Assembly: GCA_017965665.1 (NCBI GenBank)
Contig: JAGCPN010000002.1
Span: 3,479 to 67,478 of the forward strand
DNA from: Aeriscardovia sp.
GTDB lineage: Bacteria > Actinomycetota > Actinomycetes > Actinomycetales > Bifidobacteriaceae
Length of the DNA stretch: 64,000 bases
Direction: 5' to 3'
Part shown: positions 26,533 to 35,305 of the stretch, piece after piece
Numbering within the stretch: position 1 is the stretch's first letter
How the letters are laid out: each line of letters begins with the position of its first letter
Notes under the pieces: generated by a model
What the model was told of the DNA's origin: nothing
The model's database searches: none
Seen by the model: only the letters and a program-made list of their open reading frames with translations
Made by a program: the position numbers and the translations under genes

Positions 26533-27082
26533 TTGTATAAAATAGATGCTGTATATAAACAATAAAGAACTTATTAAAATTTATCTTAAGACTATCATGA
26601 TAGCATTTACCGCTCTGATATTCCTTTACTGAAGATTTCCATATGACTCACTTTACCTAAGGAAAAATAAACACACGCACAAAGTAGCCCTCATACATGC
26701 AATACTCTCACAGTTTCGCTCCAGCAGGGATTATCCCTTTAAAAGGGTTAATGATTGAAAAAACTTTGTAAAACACTGCGTATGTTTTAATCAGTTTTTC
26801 CTAAGATCATTCAGTATTTTTCGGATTGCAAGAAACTGAAAACCGTTTTCTAATATCGACATTAAGCGGAATGGGAGCATTTTTGAAAAACCGTAAGCAA
26901 TTCCAAAAAAATATTTCAAAAAGAGACGGAGTGCTTATAAAATCGCTTGACTTCCGTATTCACCCCAAAAGCAAATAGAAATTTAAGCCGTTCGTGCATA
27001 ACTTAAACAAAAACGCGCCATATTCCCTGCGGTCAGTTTTATGGAAAGCCGATTTTTACCCCGCTGTGAGATAATCCTAAGT

Positions 27083-28432
27083 ATGAACACAAGCTCTGAG
27101 CAATGCCAAGCCTGCGGCGAGGAGGACACCCTCACCGTATGGGGAGGCGATCCTCTGAGGGGCGAGATACGAGTGAGGGGCGCCAAAAACTTTGTGAGCA
27201 AAGCCATGGTGGCATCTCTTTTAGCCCCCGGGAAATCGGTAATCCAAAATGTTCCCGACATAAGGGACGTGAGAGTGGTGTCCGATCTTTTGCGCCTCCA
27301 CGGGGCGAAAACGAAAGTGGACAAGGAGGCGGGGGTCGTCAGCATAGACGCTTCTTCCATCTCCGTCGCCGATATAGCTGACGTACACACCCTGGCCGGC
27401 TCTTCCAGAATACCCATCCTCTTTGCAGGCCCCCTTCTTCAGCGCCTGGGCAGGGCCTTCATTCCTTCGCTCGGCGGAGATCAGATAGGCAAGAGGCCCG
27501 TAGACTTTCACCTTTCGATCCTAAAGCAGCTCGGAGCTGAAATAACGGCAAATGAAAACGGAAGCATAGAGCTCAAGGCCCCCCACGGCCTCAAGGGCGC
27601 CATGATCCACCTCCCCTACCCCTCGGTCGGCGCCACCGAGCAAGCGCTGTTGACCTCTGTGGAAGCTGAAGGGAAGACCGAGATTTCAGGCGCCGCGATA
27701 GAGCCCGAAATCATGGACCTTGTGGCCGTACTTCAGCGAATGGGGGCCGTGATAGCGGTAGACGTCGACAGGACTATCAGGGTGGACGGGGTAAAGAGCC
27801 TCCAGCCCTTCACCTTCCGCGCCCAGACCGACAGAATCGAGGTGGCCTCCTGGGCTTCAGCTGCCCTCGCCACCAAAGGGGACATCTTCATCCGCGGCGC
27901 CCAGCAGTCGACCATGATGACTTACCTCAACGTCTTCCGCAAAATCGGCGGCAAGTTCGACGTCCAAGACGACGGAATCCGTTTCTGGCATCCCGGCGGC
28001 GACCTTCACCCCATAGCCCTTGAAACTGACGTCCATCCGGGCTTTATGACAGACTGGCAGCCCCCGCTGGTTTGCGCCCTGACGCAGGCCAAAGGGCTCA
28101 GCATAGTCCACGAGACGGTGTACGAAAACCGCTTCGGTTTTACAGACACCCTTGTGAAAATGGGGGCCGTGATACAGCTCTACAGCGAGTGCCTGGGGTC
28201 TCTCCCCTGCAGGTTCGGCCACAGGGGTTTTGTGCACTCGGCCGTAATTTTCGGCCCGACGCCGCTTCACGGGGCCGACATCGATATCCCCGACATCCGC
28301 GGAGGGTTCAGCCATGTGATAGGGGCGCTGGTCGCCGAGGGCAGGAGCTGCATCCACGGCATCTCCCTCATCGACCGGGGCTATGAAGACTTCAGAAAGA
28401 AACTAGAGGCTCTGGGAGCCAGAATAAGTTGA
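27083..28432 (+). CDS. murA: UDP-N-acetylglucosamine 1-carboxyvinyltransferase
   Basis: LTVWGGDPLRGEIRVRGAKN at the N-terminus, LGGDQIGKRPVDFH in the active-site loop and a C-terminal IDRGYEDF. The start is uncertain (27041 in the track; 27083 gives a conventional N-terminus). Confidence 0.92.
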   Translation: MNTSSEQCQACGEEDTLTVWGGDPLRGEIRVRGAKNFVSKAMVASLLAPGKSVIQNVPDIRDVRVVSDLLRLHGAKTKVDKEAGVVSIDASSISVADIADVHTLAGSSRIPILFAGPLLQRLGRAFIPSLGGDQIGKRPVDFHLSILKQLGAEITANENGSIELKAPHGLKGAMIHLPYPSVGATEQALLTSVEAEGKTEISGAAIEPEIMDLVAVLQRMGAVIAVDVDRTIRVDGVKSLQPFTFRAQTDRIEVASWASAALATKGDIFIRGAQQSTMMTYLNVFRKIGGKFDVQDDGIRFWHPGGDLHPIALETDVHPGFMTDWQPPLVCALTQAKGLSIVHETVYENRFGFTDTLVKMGAVIQLYSECLGSLPCRFGHRGFVHSAVIFGPTPLHGADIDIPDIRGGFSHVIGALVAEGRSCIHGISLIDRGYEDFRKKLEALGARIS

Positions 28433-28637
28433 CTCTCCAAGAAAGGCTCTCATGACTTCTCCGGGAAAACCCTCCCCCTTCCATCTGATTCCGCCTCTGA
28501 AAAACAAGCAGGTGGCTCTTTTGTCCAAAAAGCACAGGCTGATTGACCCTACGAGGAAACTGTGCGGAGGAGGGTTCCTCCGCCGGCCCTCGCCCTTGGA
28601 CAGCGCCTATATCAACATCCCTGTCGAAAGGAGGCTC

Positions 28638-29348
28638 ATGGCGGCCGCCATGGCCTTCGTGAGGGCGAGGGCGAAAGTGTACTGCTGGGGGATTGAGAAC
28701 GTGCCGGAAGAAGGTCCGTTCATTCTGGCAAACACGCACATAACCCAGCTAGACGTCCTCATTCCCATGGGCTGCATGCACAACCTCGGCCGCTATCCGC
28801 GCTTTATGGCCAAAGCCGAGATCTTGCGCTGGCCCCTGATAGGCAGGTGGCTCTCGGCTTTGGCCATGCAGCCGGTAAAAAGAAGGAGCGGAAAGACCAG
28901 GGAAATAGAATCCGATTCCATCCAGTCCCTCGTCTCCGGCCAGCCCCTCGCAATTTGGCCTGAGGGTACCCTCACCCGCGATCCTGACAAGTGGCCCATG
29001 ACCTTCAAACTGGGCATGGCCGAGATCGCCCTCACGGCCTCCAAAAAGCTCGGATACCCCATACCGCTTTTGGTAGCCGTGACATGGGGGGCGGCCTCCA
29101 TACGAAACTTCTTTCCCTTCCCCAGGAAGAACGTGATTTTGGCCATAACCCCTCCTGTGGAGTACGGCGACCTTCTCGAAGGGGACTGGGAGGAGCCCGA
29201 TAAGGAAACCGCCTCGGCGCTCAACCGGCGCGTACACAAGGTTATGGAGACCCTGGAAGGGGAGATACGCGGAGAAAAGCCCCCTGCCGCAGGCGTATGG
29301 GACTACCACACTTCTTCCAGGCACCCACTGCAGGAGGAGCAAAAATGA
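28638..29348 (+). CDS. plsC: 1-acyl-sn-glycerol-3-phosphate acyltransferase
   Basis: HX4D motif (NTHITQLD) and PEGT motif (WPEGTLTRD). The start is moved to the ATG at 28638, which follows AAAGGAGG with 4-nt spacing. The track's upstream extension does not look protein-like. Confidence 0.8.
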   Translation: MAAAMAFVRARAKVYCWGIENVPEEGPFILANTHITQLDVLIPMGCMHNLGRYPRFMAKAEILRWPLIGRWLSALAMQPVKRRSGKTREIESDSIQSLVSGQPLAIWPEGTLTRDPDKWPMTFKLGMAEIALTASKKLGYPIPLLVAVTWGAASIRNFFPFPRKNVILAITPPVEYGDLLEGDWEEPDKETASALNRRVHKVMETLEGEIRGEKPPAAGVWDYHTSSRHPLQEEQK

Positions 29349-30316
29349 AGATAGCGGTCATAGGGTGCGGAGCGTGGGGGACCTGCTTTGCAAAGATTTG
29401 CGCGGATGCCGGAAACGAGGTGCTGGCGTGGAGCCGGGAAAAGGAAGCGGTTGAGGAAATAAACTCACGACACACCAATTCCGCCTACCTGGACGCCGTC
29501 CTCCCCGCCTCTTTCAGGGCCACCTCGCGTCCGGAGGATCTGGAATGGGGAGAAGTGATAGTCTCGGCCCTCCCCTGCCAGGCCTTAAGATCCGCGCTGC
29601 CGGAATTTAAGGATGCGGCCGACGGCAAGCCCGTAGTTTCCCTCACCAAAGGAATGGAGAGCGGCACGGCCAAGCTCCCCTCCCAGATCATAGAGGAGTG
29701 CTTTGGCATAAATCCCGGGCGCATCTTTGCCCTGGGAGGGCCGAACCTGGCGGCCCTTTTGGCAAAAGAAGAGCCCGCCGCCGCCGTACTTGCAGGAGGG
29801 GATACGGAGCGCGAAGATCTCGCACAGGCCTTCTGCACCCCCTACTTTGCAGTATCCCCGTCAGAAGACCTGACGGGCGTCCAGGTGTGGGGAGCTCTTA
29901 AAAATGTCGCAGCCATAGCCTGCGGCATGGCGGCCGGCGCGGGGTTTGGCGAAAACACGGCGGCCGTCCTCGTGGCCGCCGCCCTCTCCGAAATAGAGGC
30001 GCTGTCTTTAAAGCTCGGAGGAAAGCTTGAGACCATGGAAAGTCCGGCGGGCGTGGGGGACCTTATGTGCACGGCATCCAGCCATCTGAGCCGGAACTTC
30101 TCCCTGGGATACCGTATGGGCCTGGGAATCGACGTCGAAGAGGCTGCCAAAGAGGTCAAAGGGGTCACTGAGGGCAAAGACACTATAGCCTCGGCTCTCC
30201 TCCTTTCCGAAAAGTACTCGTCCCCCATGCCCCTGGCCAGGGGGATAGAAAAAGTGATGAAGAGGGAAGAAGAATTTTCCTCCCTCTTCTCTGAAATTTC
30301 CAAGGGGAGAGCATGA
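29345..30316 (+). CDS. gpsA: NAD(P)H-dependent glycerol-3-phosphate dehydrogenase
   Basis: MKIAVIGCGAWGT Rossmann N-terminus after GGAGGAG. ATGA overlap with the plsC stop. Confidence 0.92.
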   Translation: MKIAVIGCGAWGTCFAKICADAGNEVLAWSREKEAVEEINSRHTNSAYLDAVLPASFRATSRPEDLEWGEVIVSALPCQALRSALPEFKDAADGKPVVSLTKGMESGTAKLPSQIIEECFGINPGRIFALGGPNLAALLAKEEPAAAVLAGGDTEREDLAQAFCTPYFAVSPSEDLTGVQVWGALKNVAAIACGMAAGAGFGENTAAVLVAAALSEIEALSLKLGGKLETMESPAGVGDLMCTASSHLSRNFSLGYRMGLGIDVEEAAKEVKGVTEGKDTIASALLLSEKYSSPMPLARGIEKVMKREEEFSSLFSEISKGRA

Positions 30317-31365
30317 AAAAGAGAATAGTAATCCTTTGCGGGGGAAAGAGCGGGGAACATCCCATTTCCTGCGTATCGGCCGCGAGCGTGGCGAGGACTT
30401 TGAAAGACTCCTACCAAATCACCCCCGTGGGCATAACCCGGAGCGGCGAGTGGGTGAGCCTGTCCTTGGACGAAGTGTGTTCCTGGAATCTCAAAGACCT
30501 TCCGGAGATTGAAGCCGAAGGCAGGCAGAAGGTCGAGGCCGTCCCGGGATCGGGCCTCTTTTTGGCGGGAAGCAAAGTGGAAGCCGATCTGGTCTTTCCG
30601 GTGCTCCACGGCCTTGGCGGGGAAGACGGGGCCGTGCAGGGCTTTTTGGAAACCTGCGGCCTTCCGTATGTAGGATGCGGAATTTTCGCCTCGGCGGCCT
30701 GCATGGACAAGCACTACACCAAGCTCATTTTGAAGGCTTCAGGGATTAAAGTGGCTCCCGGAATCACCGTAGACGCCAGGGGGGGAGTGGACGGCCCCGC
30801 GGCCCTTGAGAAGATCAGGGAAGAAAAGATAGGCTGGCCCGTTTTCGTAAAGCCTGCGTGGGGCGGATCCAGCGTGGGAGTGGCGAAAGTCGAATCTCCC
30901 GAAGGCCTCGAAGGGGCCTTGGAGGCGGCCGCGAAGGTCAGCTGGAGGATCTTGATTGAAGAGGGCATAAAGGGCAGGGAGATTGAGTGCGCGGTGCTCC
31001 AGAGGCGGGGGGGAAAGCCCGTGGCGGCCCTCCCCGGAGAGATTATCCCGTCCGCATCCGCTTCCTTCTACGACTTTGAGGCCAAGTACGTCGACACCTC
31101 CCTTTGCAAGGTAAAAGTTCCGGCCGATCTGGACGTGCAAACTTCAGATGCCATACGCCGCGAGGCCGTGAAGGCCTTTGAGGCCGTCGACGGCAGGCAG
31201 CTGATGAGAGTAGACTTCTTCCTCAAAGATGACGGGGGCATACTCGTAAACGAAATCAACACCATGCCGGGCTTTACGGAGATCTCCATGTACCCTCTGG
31301 CCTGGCAGAGCCTGGGTATGAGTTACAGGCAGATACTGGTAGACTTGGTGGAGAATGCCGCTTAG
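30313..31365 (+). CDS. ddl: D-alanine--D-alanine ligase
   Basis: 350 aa with ILCGGKSGEHPIS, FPVLHGLGGEDGAVQGFLE and EINTMPGFT. ATGA overlap with gpsA. Confidence 0.93.
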   Translation: MKKRIVILCGGKSGEHPISCVSAASVARTLKDSYQITPVGITRSGEWVSLSLDEVCSWNLKDLPEIEAEGRQKVEAVPGSGLFLAGSKVEADLVFPVLHGLGGEDGAVQGFLETCGLPYVGCGIFASAACMDKHYTKLILKASGIKVAPGITVDARGGVDGPAALEKIREEKIGWPVFVKPAWGGSSVGVAKVESPEGLEGALEAAAKVSWRILIEEGIKGREIECAVLQRRGGKPVAALPGEIIPSASASFYDFEAKYVDTSLCKVKVPADLDVQTSDAIRREAVKAFEAVDGRQLMRVDFFLKDDGGILVNEINTMPGFTEISMYPLAWQSLGMSYRQILVDLVENAA

Positions 31366-31424
31366 TCTGCTCTTTGCAATATGCTTGAAGGGTTCTCAGG
31401 CAATTAAACAGGAAGGTTAGAAAA

Positions 31425-31619
31425 ATGTCAGTATACTGCCAAGTGTGCGGAAAGAAGCCCCAGACCGGCTACAGCGTCTCCCACTCCCACAGGCGCACCA
31501 AGCGCCGCTTCATGCCCAACCTCCAGGTCTTCAGGATCGACGACGGCATGGGCGGCACCGTAAAGCTCAGGGTCTGCACGGCCTGCATCAAGGCGGGCAA
31601 GATCCGCCACAACGCTTAA
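31425..31619 (+). CDS. rpmB: 50S ribosomal protein L28
   Basis: 64 aa reading [30 protein letters not shown]. Confidence 0.93.
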   Translation: MSVYCQVCGKKPQTGYSVSHSHRRTKRRFMPNLQVFRIDDGMGGTVKLRVCTACIKAGKIRHNA

Positions 31620-31651
31620 CTCGGTCCAGCGCAGGCCGAAAAAGGTAGAGG

Positions 31652-33739
31652 GTGCAAGAAAAAGTCGCTTTGAGCTCTCCTGCCTCCAGCATTGCCACTG
31701 ACAAGAAAAGCGCAAAAATTCTGGAAGATGCAGGCTTTGAAACTGTAGAAGACCTGCTCACCTACCTCCCATCCCGATACATCGAGCCCTGTTCCGTTTT
31801 TTCCCTCTCAAACCTCTGGGAGGGAGAAAAAGTATGCATTCTGGGCCGTTTCGGGGAGCCGGAAATCACATATCTCGGCGATAAAACTTACTGCACGGTC
31901 AGCCTGTTTGAAAAGGGGACCGGAAAAAGCGTAGAGTGCATGTTTTTTGCAGCCAAAAACTCCTACCGCCATTTCCTCCTCCGCTTTTTACGATCGGCGG
32001 GCATTGCGGCCGTGGAGGGCAAGCCCTCCGCCTTTGGGCGCCGCTGGCGCCTCATCCATCCCCAAATAACTTTCCTTTCAGACGAAAGGGAGGCGGAAGA
32101 TTTTTGCAGGGAAGCGTCAAAGCCCCATGCCGTCTACAGGAGCTGCCGCGGGGTGGCAGGGGAAAAAATAGCAAAGCTCATTTCCGCTGCCCAGGATGCG
32201 GCCGAAATTCCAGACATCCTTCCCCCCTCCCTCATTTCCTCCTACGGGCTTTTCAATAGAAAAGAGGCCTTCAGGGCCCTCCACAGGCCAAATACCATGG
32301 CGGAGGTCAAGAAAGCCGGAAAGACCTTCAAAATGGAGGAGGCGCTGGTCAGCCAGGGGGCGCTTTTGAAGATGAAAGAAAAGTCCCGGGGAAGCCATGC
32401 CGCTCCAATTCCCGGCGGATCCGGGCTCGACGAAGTTCTTGAAAACAACCTTCCCTTCCGCCTCACCCCTTCCCAAAAAAAGGCCCTCTCGGAAATAAAG
32501 GAGGAAATGTCGGGGGATGTCCCCATGAAAAAACTCCTCGAAGGAGACGTGGGGACGGGCAAGACCATAGTGGCGCTCCTGTCTATGCTCCGGTGCGTTT
32601 CTGCGGGCAGGCAGGCGGTACTGGTCGCTCCCACAGTAGTCCTGGCCTGGCAGCACTACAGGAACTTTGAAAAGCTCTTAAGCCTCCTCGGACTTTCAGC
32701 CCCGGATCTCTACTTTCTTTCCGGAGCGCTGAAAAAGGGCGAAAAAGACAAAGTCAGGCAGGCCGCATCCGAGGGGAAGCCCTGCATCGTAGTGGCCACC
32801 CATTCCGCCTTCTACTCCTTTTCCCCCAAAAATCTCGGGCTCCTGGTCATAGACGAGCAGCACCGCTTCGGAGTGATGCAGAGGGGAGCCTTTTCGGAAG
32901 GGGGCCTTTCTCCCCACGTCCTTTCCATGAGCGCCACCCCCATTCCGCGCTCCATCGCCATGGCCTTCTTTTCAGATCTTTCAATCAGCCATCTGGAGCC
33001 CAGGAAAGAGCAGGCGGCTTCCAGGACGGTGCTGGTAGAAGAGGGGGAAAGCGAAAACATGGCGAGGCTCTTTTGGTACTGCAGAAGGGAGATCGAGGCG
33101 GGGCGCAGGGTGTTTGTAATCTGCCCCGCAGTAAAGAGCGGGGAAAAGATGCACTCGGTAGAAGAGATTTCGTCCCGCCTTTCGATGCTCCCCCAGTTTA
33201 AGGGGATCCCCATAGCCTCCCTCACCGGGCGAAACAGCGCCGTCGAAAAGGAGGAGGTTATGAGGGCCTTCGCTTCAGGAGAAAATCCCCTGCTTGTGTC
33301 TACGAGCGTGGTGGAGACGGGGGTAGACGTAGCCCGGGCCAGCTGCATGGTGATTTTTGATGCCAACCGCTTCGGCCTCTCCCAACTCCACCAGTTCCGC
33401 GGAAGGGTCGGCAGGGACGGAACCCCTTCCTGGACCTTCCTCATCTCCCGGGAAGCGGAAGAAGATGCCCAGGCGAGGCTCGAAGTTATGAGGGACTGCG
33501 CCACGGGAAGGGAAGTTTCAAAGTTCGACGTGGAAAACAGGGGCGAAGGAGACGTCTTGGGGGAAGGACAGGCCGGGAGAACCTCATCTTTCAAGTTCCT
33601 GAGCGTCATGAAGGACATGGACGCGATATGCGAGGCAAAAAGCGAAGCCGACAAGCTCGACTTTTCCTCCTTCCCGGTCCTGGAAAAAAAGTGCGAAGAA
33701 TTTTTGGAAAAGTACCAGTCGTTTTTAATAAGGTTCTGA
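31652..33739 (+). CDS. recG: ATP-dependent DNA helicase RecG
   Basis: 695 aa with a GTG start. Contains an N-terminal wedge region, LEGDVGTGKT (Walker A), DEQHRFGV (DEQH box) and QLHQFRGRVGR. Confidence 0.92.
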   Translation: MQEKVALSSPASSIATDKKSAKILEDAGFETVEDLLTYLPSRYIEPCSVFSLSNLWEGEKVCILGRFGEPEITYLGDKTYCTVSLFEKGTGKSVECMFFAAKNSYRHFLLRFLRSAGIAAVEGKPSAFGRRWRLIHPQITFLSDEREAEDFCREASKPHAVYRSCRGVAGEKIAKLISAAQDAAEIPDILPPSLISSYGLFNRKEAFRALHRPNTMAEVKKAGKTFKMEEALVSQGALLKMKEKSRGSHAAPIPGGSGLDEVLENNLPFRLTPSQKKALSEIKEEMSGDVPMKKLLEGDVGTGKTIVALLSMLRCVSAGRQAVLVAPTVVLAWQHYRNFEKLLSLLGLSAPDLYFLSGALKKGEKDKVRQAASEGKPCIVVATHSAFYSFSPKNLGLLVIDEQHRFGVMQRGAFSEGGLSPHVLSMSATPIPRSIAMAFFSDLSISHLEPRKEQAASRTVLVEEGESENMARLFWYCRREIEAGRRVFVICPAVKSGEKMHSVEEISSRLSMLPQFKGIPIASLTGRNSAVEKEEVMRAFASGENPLLVSTSVVETGVDVARASCMVIFDANRFGLSQLHQFRGRVGRDGTPSWTFLISREAEEDAQARLEVMRDCATGREVSKFDVENRGEGDVLGEGQAGRTSSFKFLSVMKDMDAICEAKSEADKLDFSSFPVLEKKCEEFLEKYQSFLIRF

Positions 33740-34278
33740 TGAGAGTAATAGCCGGAGAATACAAGAATACGGAGCTGGAAGTCCCCAAAAAGGGGACCCG
33801 CCCCACCACTTCCAAGCTCAAAGAATCCGTCTTTTCTTCCCTCGAATCGCGGGGAGCGGTGAAAGGAAGGGTTCTCGACCTCTTTGCCGGAAGCGGGGCT
33901 TTAGGTTTTGAGGCGCTCTCGAGGGGGGCCGGGGCCCTCACCTTAGTCGACTGCTCCAGGGAAGCCATCAAGTGCCTCAAAAGAAACGCCCTCCCCTTCA
34001 AAAAGGGCGGGAAGGAAGTTGAAATTTTCGGCCTGAAGGCGGAAAAATTTTTGGAAAGCTGCGGAGCGGAGTTTGATCTCATTTTTCTCGACCCTCCCTA
34101 CGGAATGGAGGGGGAAGAGTTTGGGAAAATTCTGTCTCTCTCCACGAATTTGCTAAGCCCGGGAGGGTATATTGTAGCCGAAAGGGAAAAAGAAGACTTC
34201 CTCCCTTCAGGGCTCAAAGCCGTAAAAATAATGAAGTCTGGTTCTACAACCTGCGAAATTCTGTTAAAAGAGGCATAA
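33739..34278 (+). CDS. rsmD: 16S rRNA (guanine966-N2)-methyltransferase RsmD
   Basis: MRVIAGEYKN..., LDLFAGSGALGFEALSRGA and FLDPPY. TGATG overlap with the recG stop. The track's longer N-terminus lies inside recG. Confidence 0.85.
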   Translation: MRVIAGEYKNTELEVPKKGTRPTTSKLKESVFSSLESRGAVKGRVLDLFAGSGALGFEALSRGAGALTLVDCSREAIKCLKRNALPFKKGGKEVEIFGLKAEKFLESCGAEFDLIFLDPPYGMEGEEFGKILSLSTNLLSPGGYIVAEREKEDFLPSGLKAVKIMKSGSTTCEILLKEA

Positions 34279-34282
34279 GTCA

Positions 34283-34909
34283 ATGGAAGATTTTGAAGCG
34301 CAAAAAGAGTTCCTTTCCCTTCTCAGGGGGAGGCGCAGCATATACCACCTGGGCAAGGCCGAAATAAGCGACGGCGATCTCGAGAGCTATCTGAGAAACA
34401 TTTTCTCTTCAGTCCCCTCGGCCTTCAACGCCAGAGCCCAGAGGGTGCTGCTCCTTTTGGGCAACCAGAACCTCCTGTTTTGGAAGTCCCTCGTCCCGGA
34501 CATCCTGCGCGGCAGGCGAGAAGTCAATCCGGAAGATGAAGCGATGCTTGAAAAGAGGAAGGGGCTTTGCCAAAGCTTTTGCGAGGGCAACGGCACCATC
34601 CTCTTCTTCACCGATTCTTCCGTCGCCGACACCCTCAGGGAGGATACTGTGGAGTACTCCTCCTCTATAGACAGGTTTATGGCCCAGGGGGACGCCATGG
34701 TGGAGTTTGCAATGTGGCTGGGGCTCTCCAAGATAGGCCTGGGGGCGAGCCTGCAGCACTTTTTGGGCCTCCAAGAGGCCGTAAAGACCGCCTACGACCT
34801 GGATCCCTCCTGGAAGCTGGACGCCCAGATGCCATTCGGATCCATAGAAAAAGCCCCGGCGCCCAAGGACACTTCCCAGGCTCCGGAGCACTTCAAAGTC
34901 GTAAAGTAG
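34283..34909 (+). CDS. Nitroreductase family protein
   Basis: 208 aa with an N-terminal LLRGRRSIYHL (RRS motif). Size and pattern fit the FMN nitroreductase fold. Confidence 0.6.
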   Translation: MEDFEAQKEFLSLLRGRRSIYHLGKAEISDGDLESYLRNIFSSVPSAFNARAQRVLLLLGNQNLLFWKSLVPDILRGRREVNPEDEAMLEKRKGLCQSFCEGNGTILFFTDSSVADTLREDTVEYSSSIDRFMAQGDAMVEFAMWLGLSKIGLGASLQHFLGLQEAVKTAYDLDPSWKLDAQMPFGSIEKAPAPKDTSQAPEHFKVVK

Positions 34910-35305
34910 TCAGCCTTCGTAGTTCTTTCCGGCCCTGGCGGGATCGAGATACTGGATCTCGGTAACTTCTATCACCGGAACTACCGTGGGCTTTTTGGTG
35001 CCGTGCTTTTCGGCAAAGGCGACGGCGTCGTCGAAGATCTTCCCGTCCCTGTAGAGCGTCACCCTTCCGTAGAAGCGGAAGCCCTTCTTCTCGGCCAGGT
35101 TCGCCGAGGCTATGCAGATCTTCCCGTTGGCCTCGAGGTTCCTGTAGGTCTGCCCCGCAGTCCTCTCGAAATACATCAGGTGGGAGTCATCTAGGACCCT
35201 CATGCTCATCTTCGGACCCAGATCCAGCTTTCCCTCGTCGCTTTCGGTAGCCACAAAGCAGAGGTTGTGGTCTACAAAGTCCTTCATCTCTTCGGTAAGT
35301 TTCAT
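34910..35305 (-). CDS. Pyridoxamine 5'-phosphate oxidase family (FMN-binding split barrel) protein
   Basis: 131 aa reading NLCFVATESDEGKLDLGPK...GKICIASAN...FRFYGRV, typical of small PNPOx-like proteins. Confidence 0.6.
   Translation of the reverse strand: MKLTEEMKDFVDHNLCFVATESDEGKLDLGPKMSMRVLDDSHLMYFERTAGQTYRNLEANGKICIASANLAEKKGFRFYGRVTLYRDGKIFDDAVAFAEKHGTKKPTVVPVIEVTEIQYLDPARAGKNYEG

Larger units (their letters stand above)
22476..27040. other. AT-rich restriction-modification islet with no mobility genes (boundaries approximate)
   Basis: Base composition drops abruptly by eye from GC-rich flanks to AT-rich DNA. Codon usage shifts to AAA/AAT/ATT/TTA-rich. The content is two DNA methyltransferases and one disrupted endonuclease. 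The islet starts directly after the tRNA-Gln terminator and ends just before murA. Confidence 0.75.

Noticed and set aside
26962-26968. Candidate att-like direct repeat (ACCCCAA) matching the tRNA-Gln 3' end (22427-22433) at the right edge of the AT-rich islet.
   Set aside because: A 7-nt match is expected by chance, and there is no integrase and no longer flanking identity.
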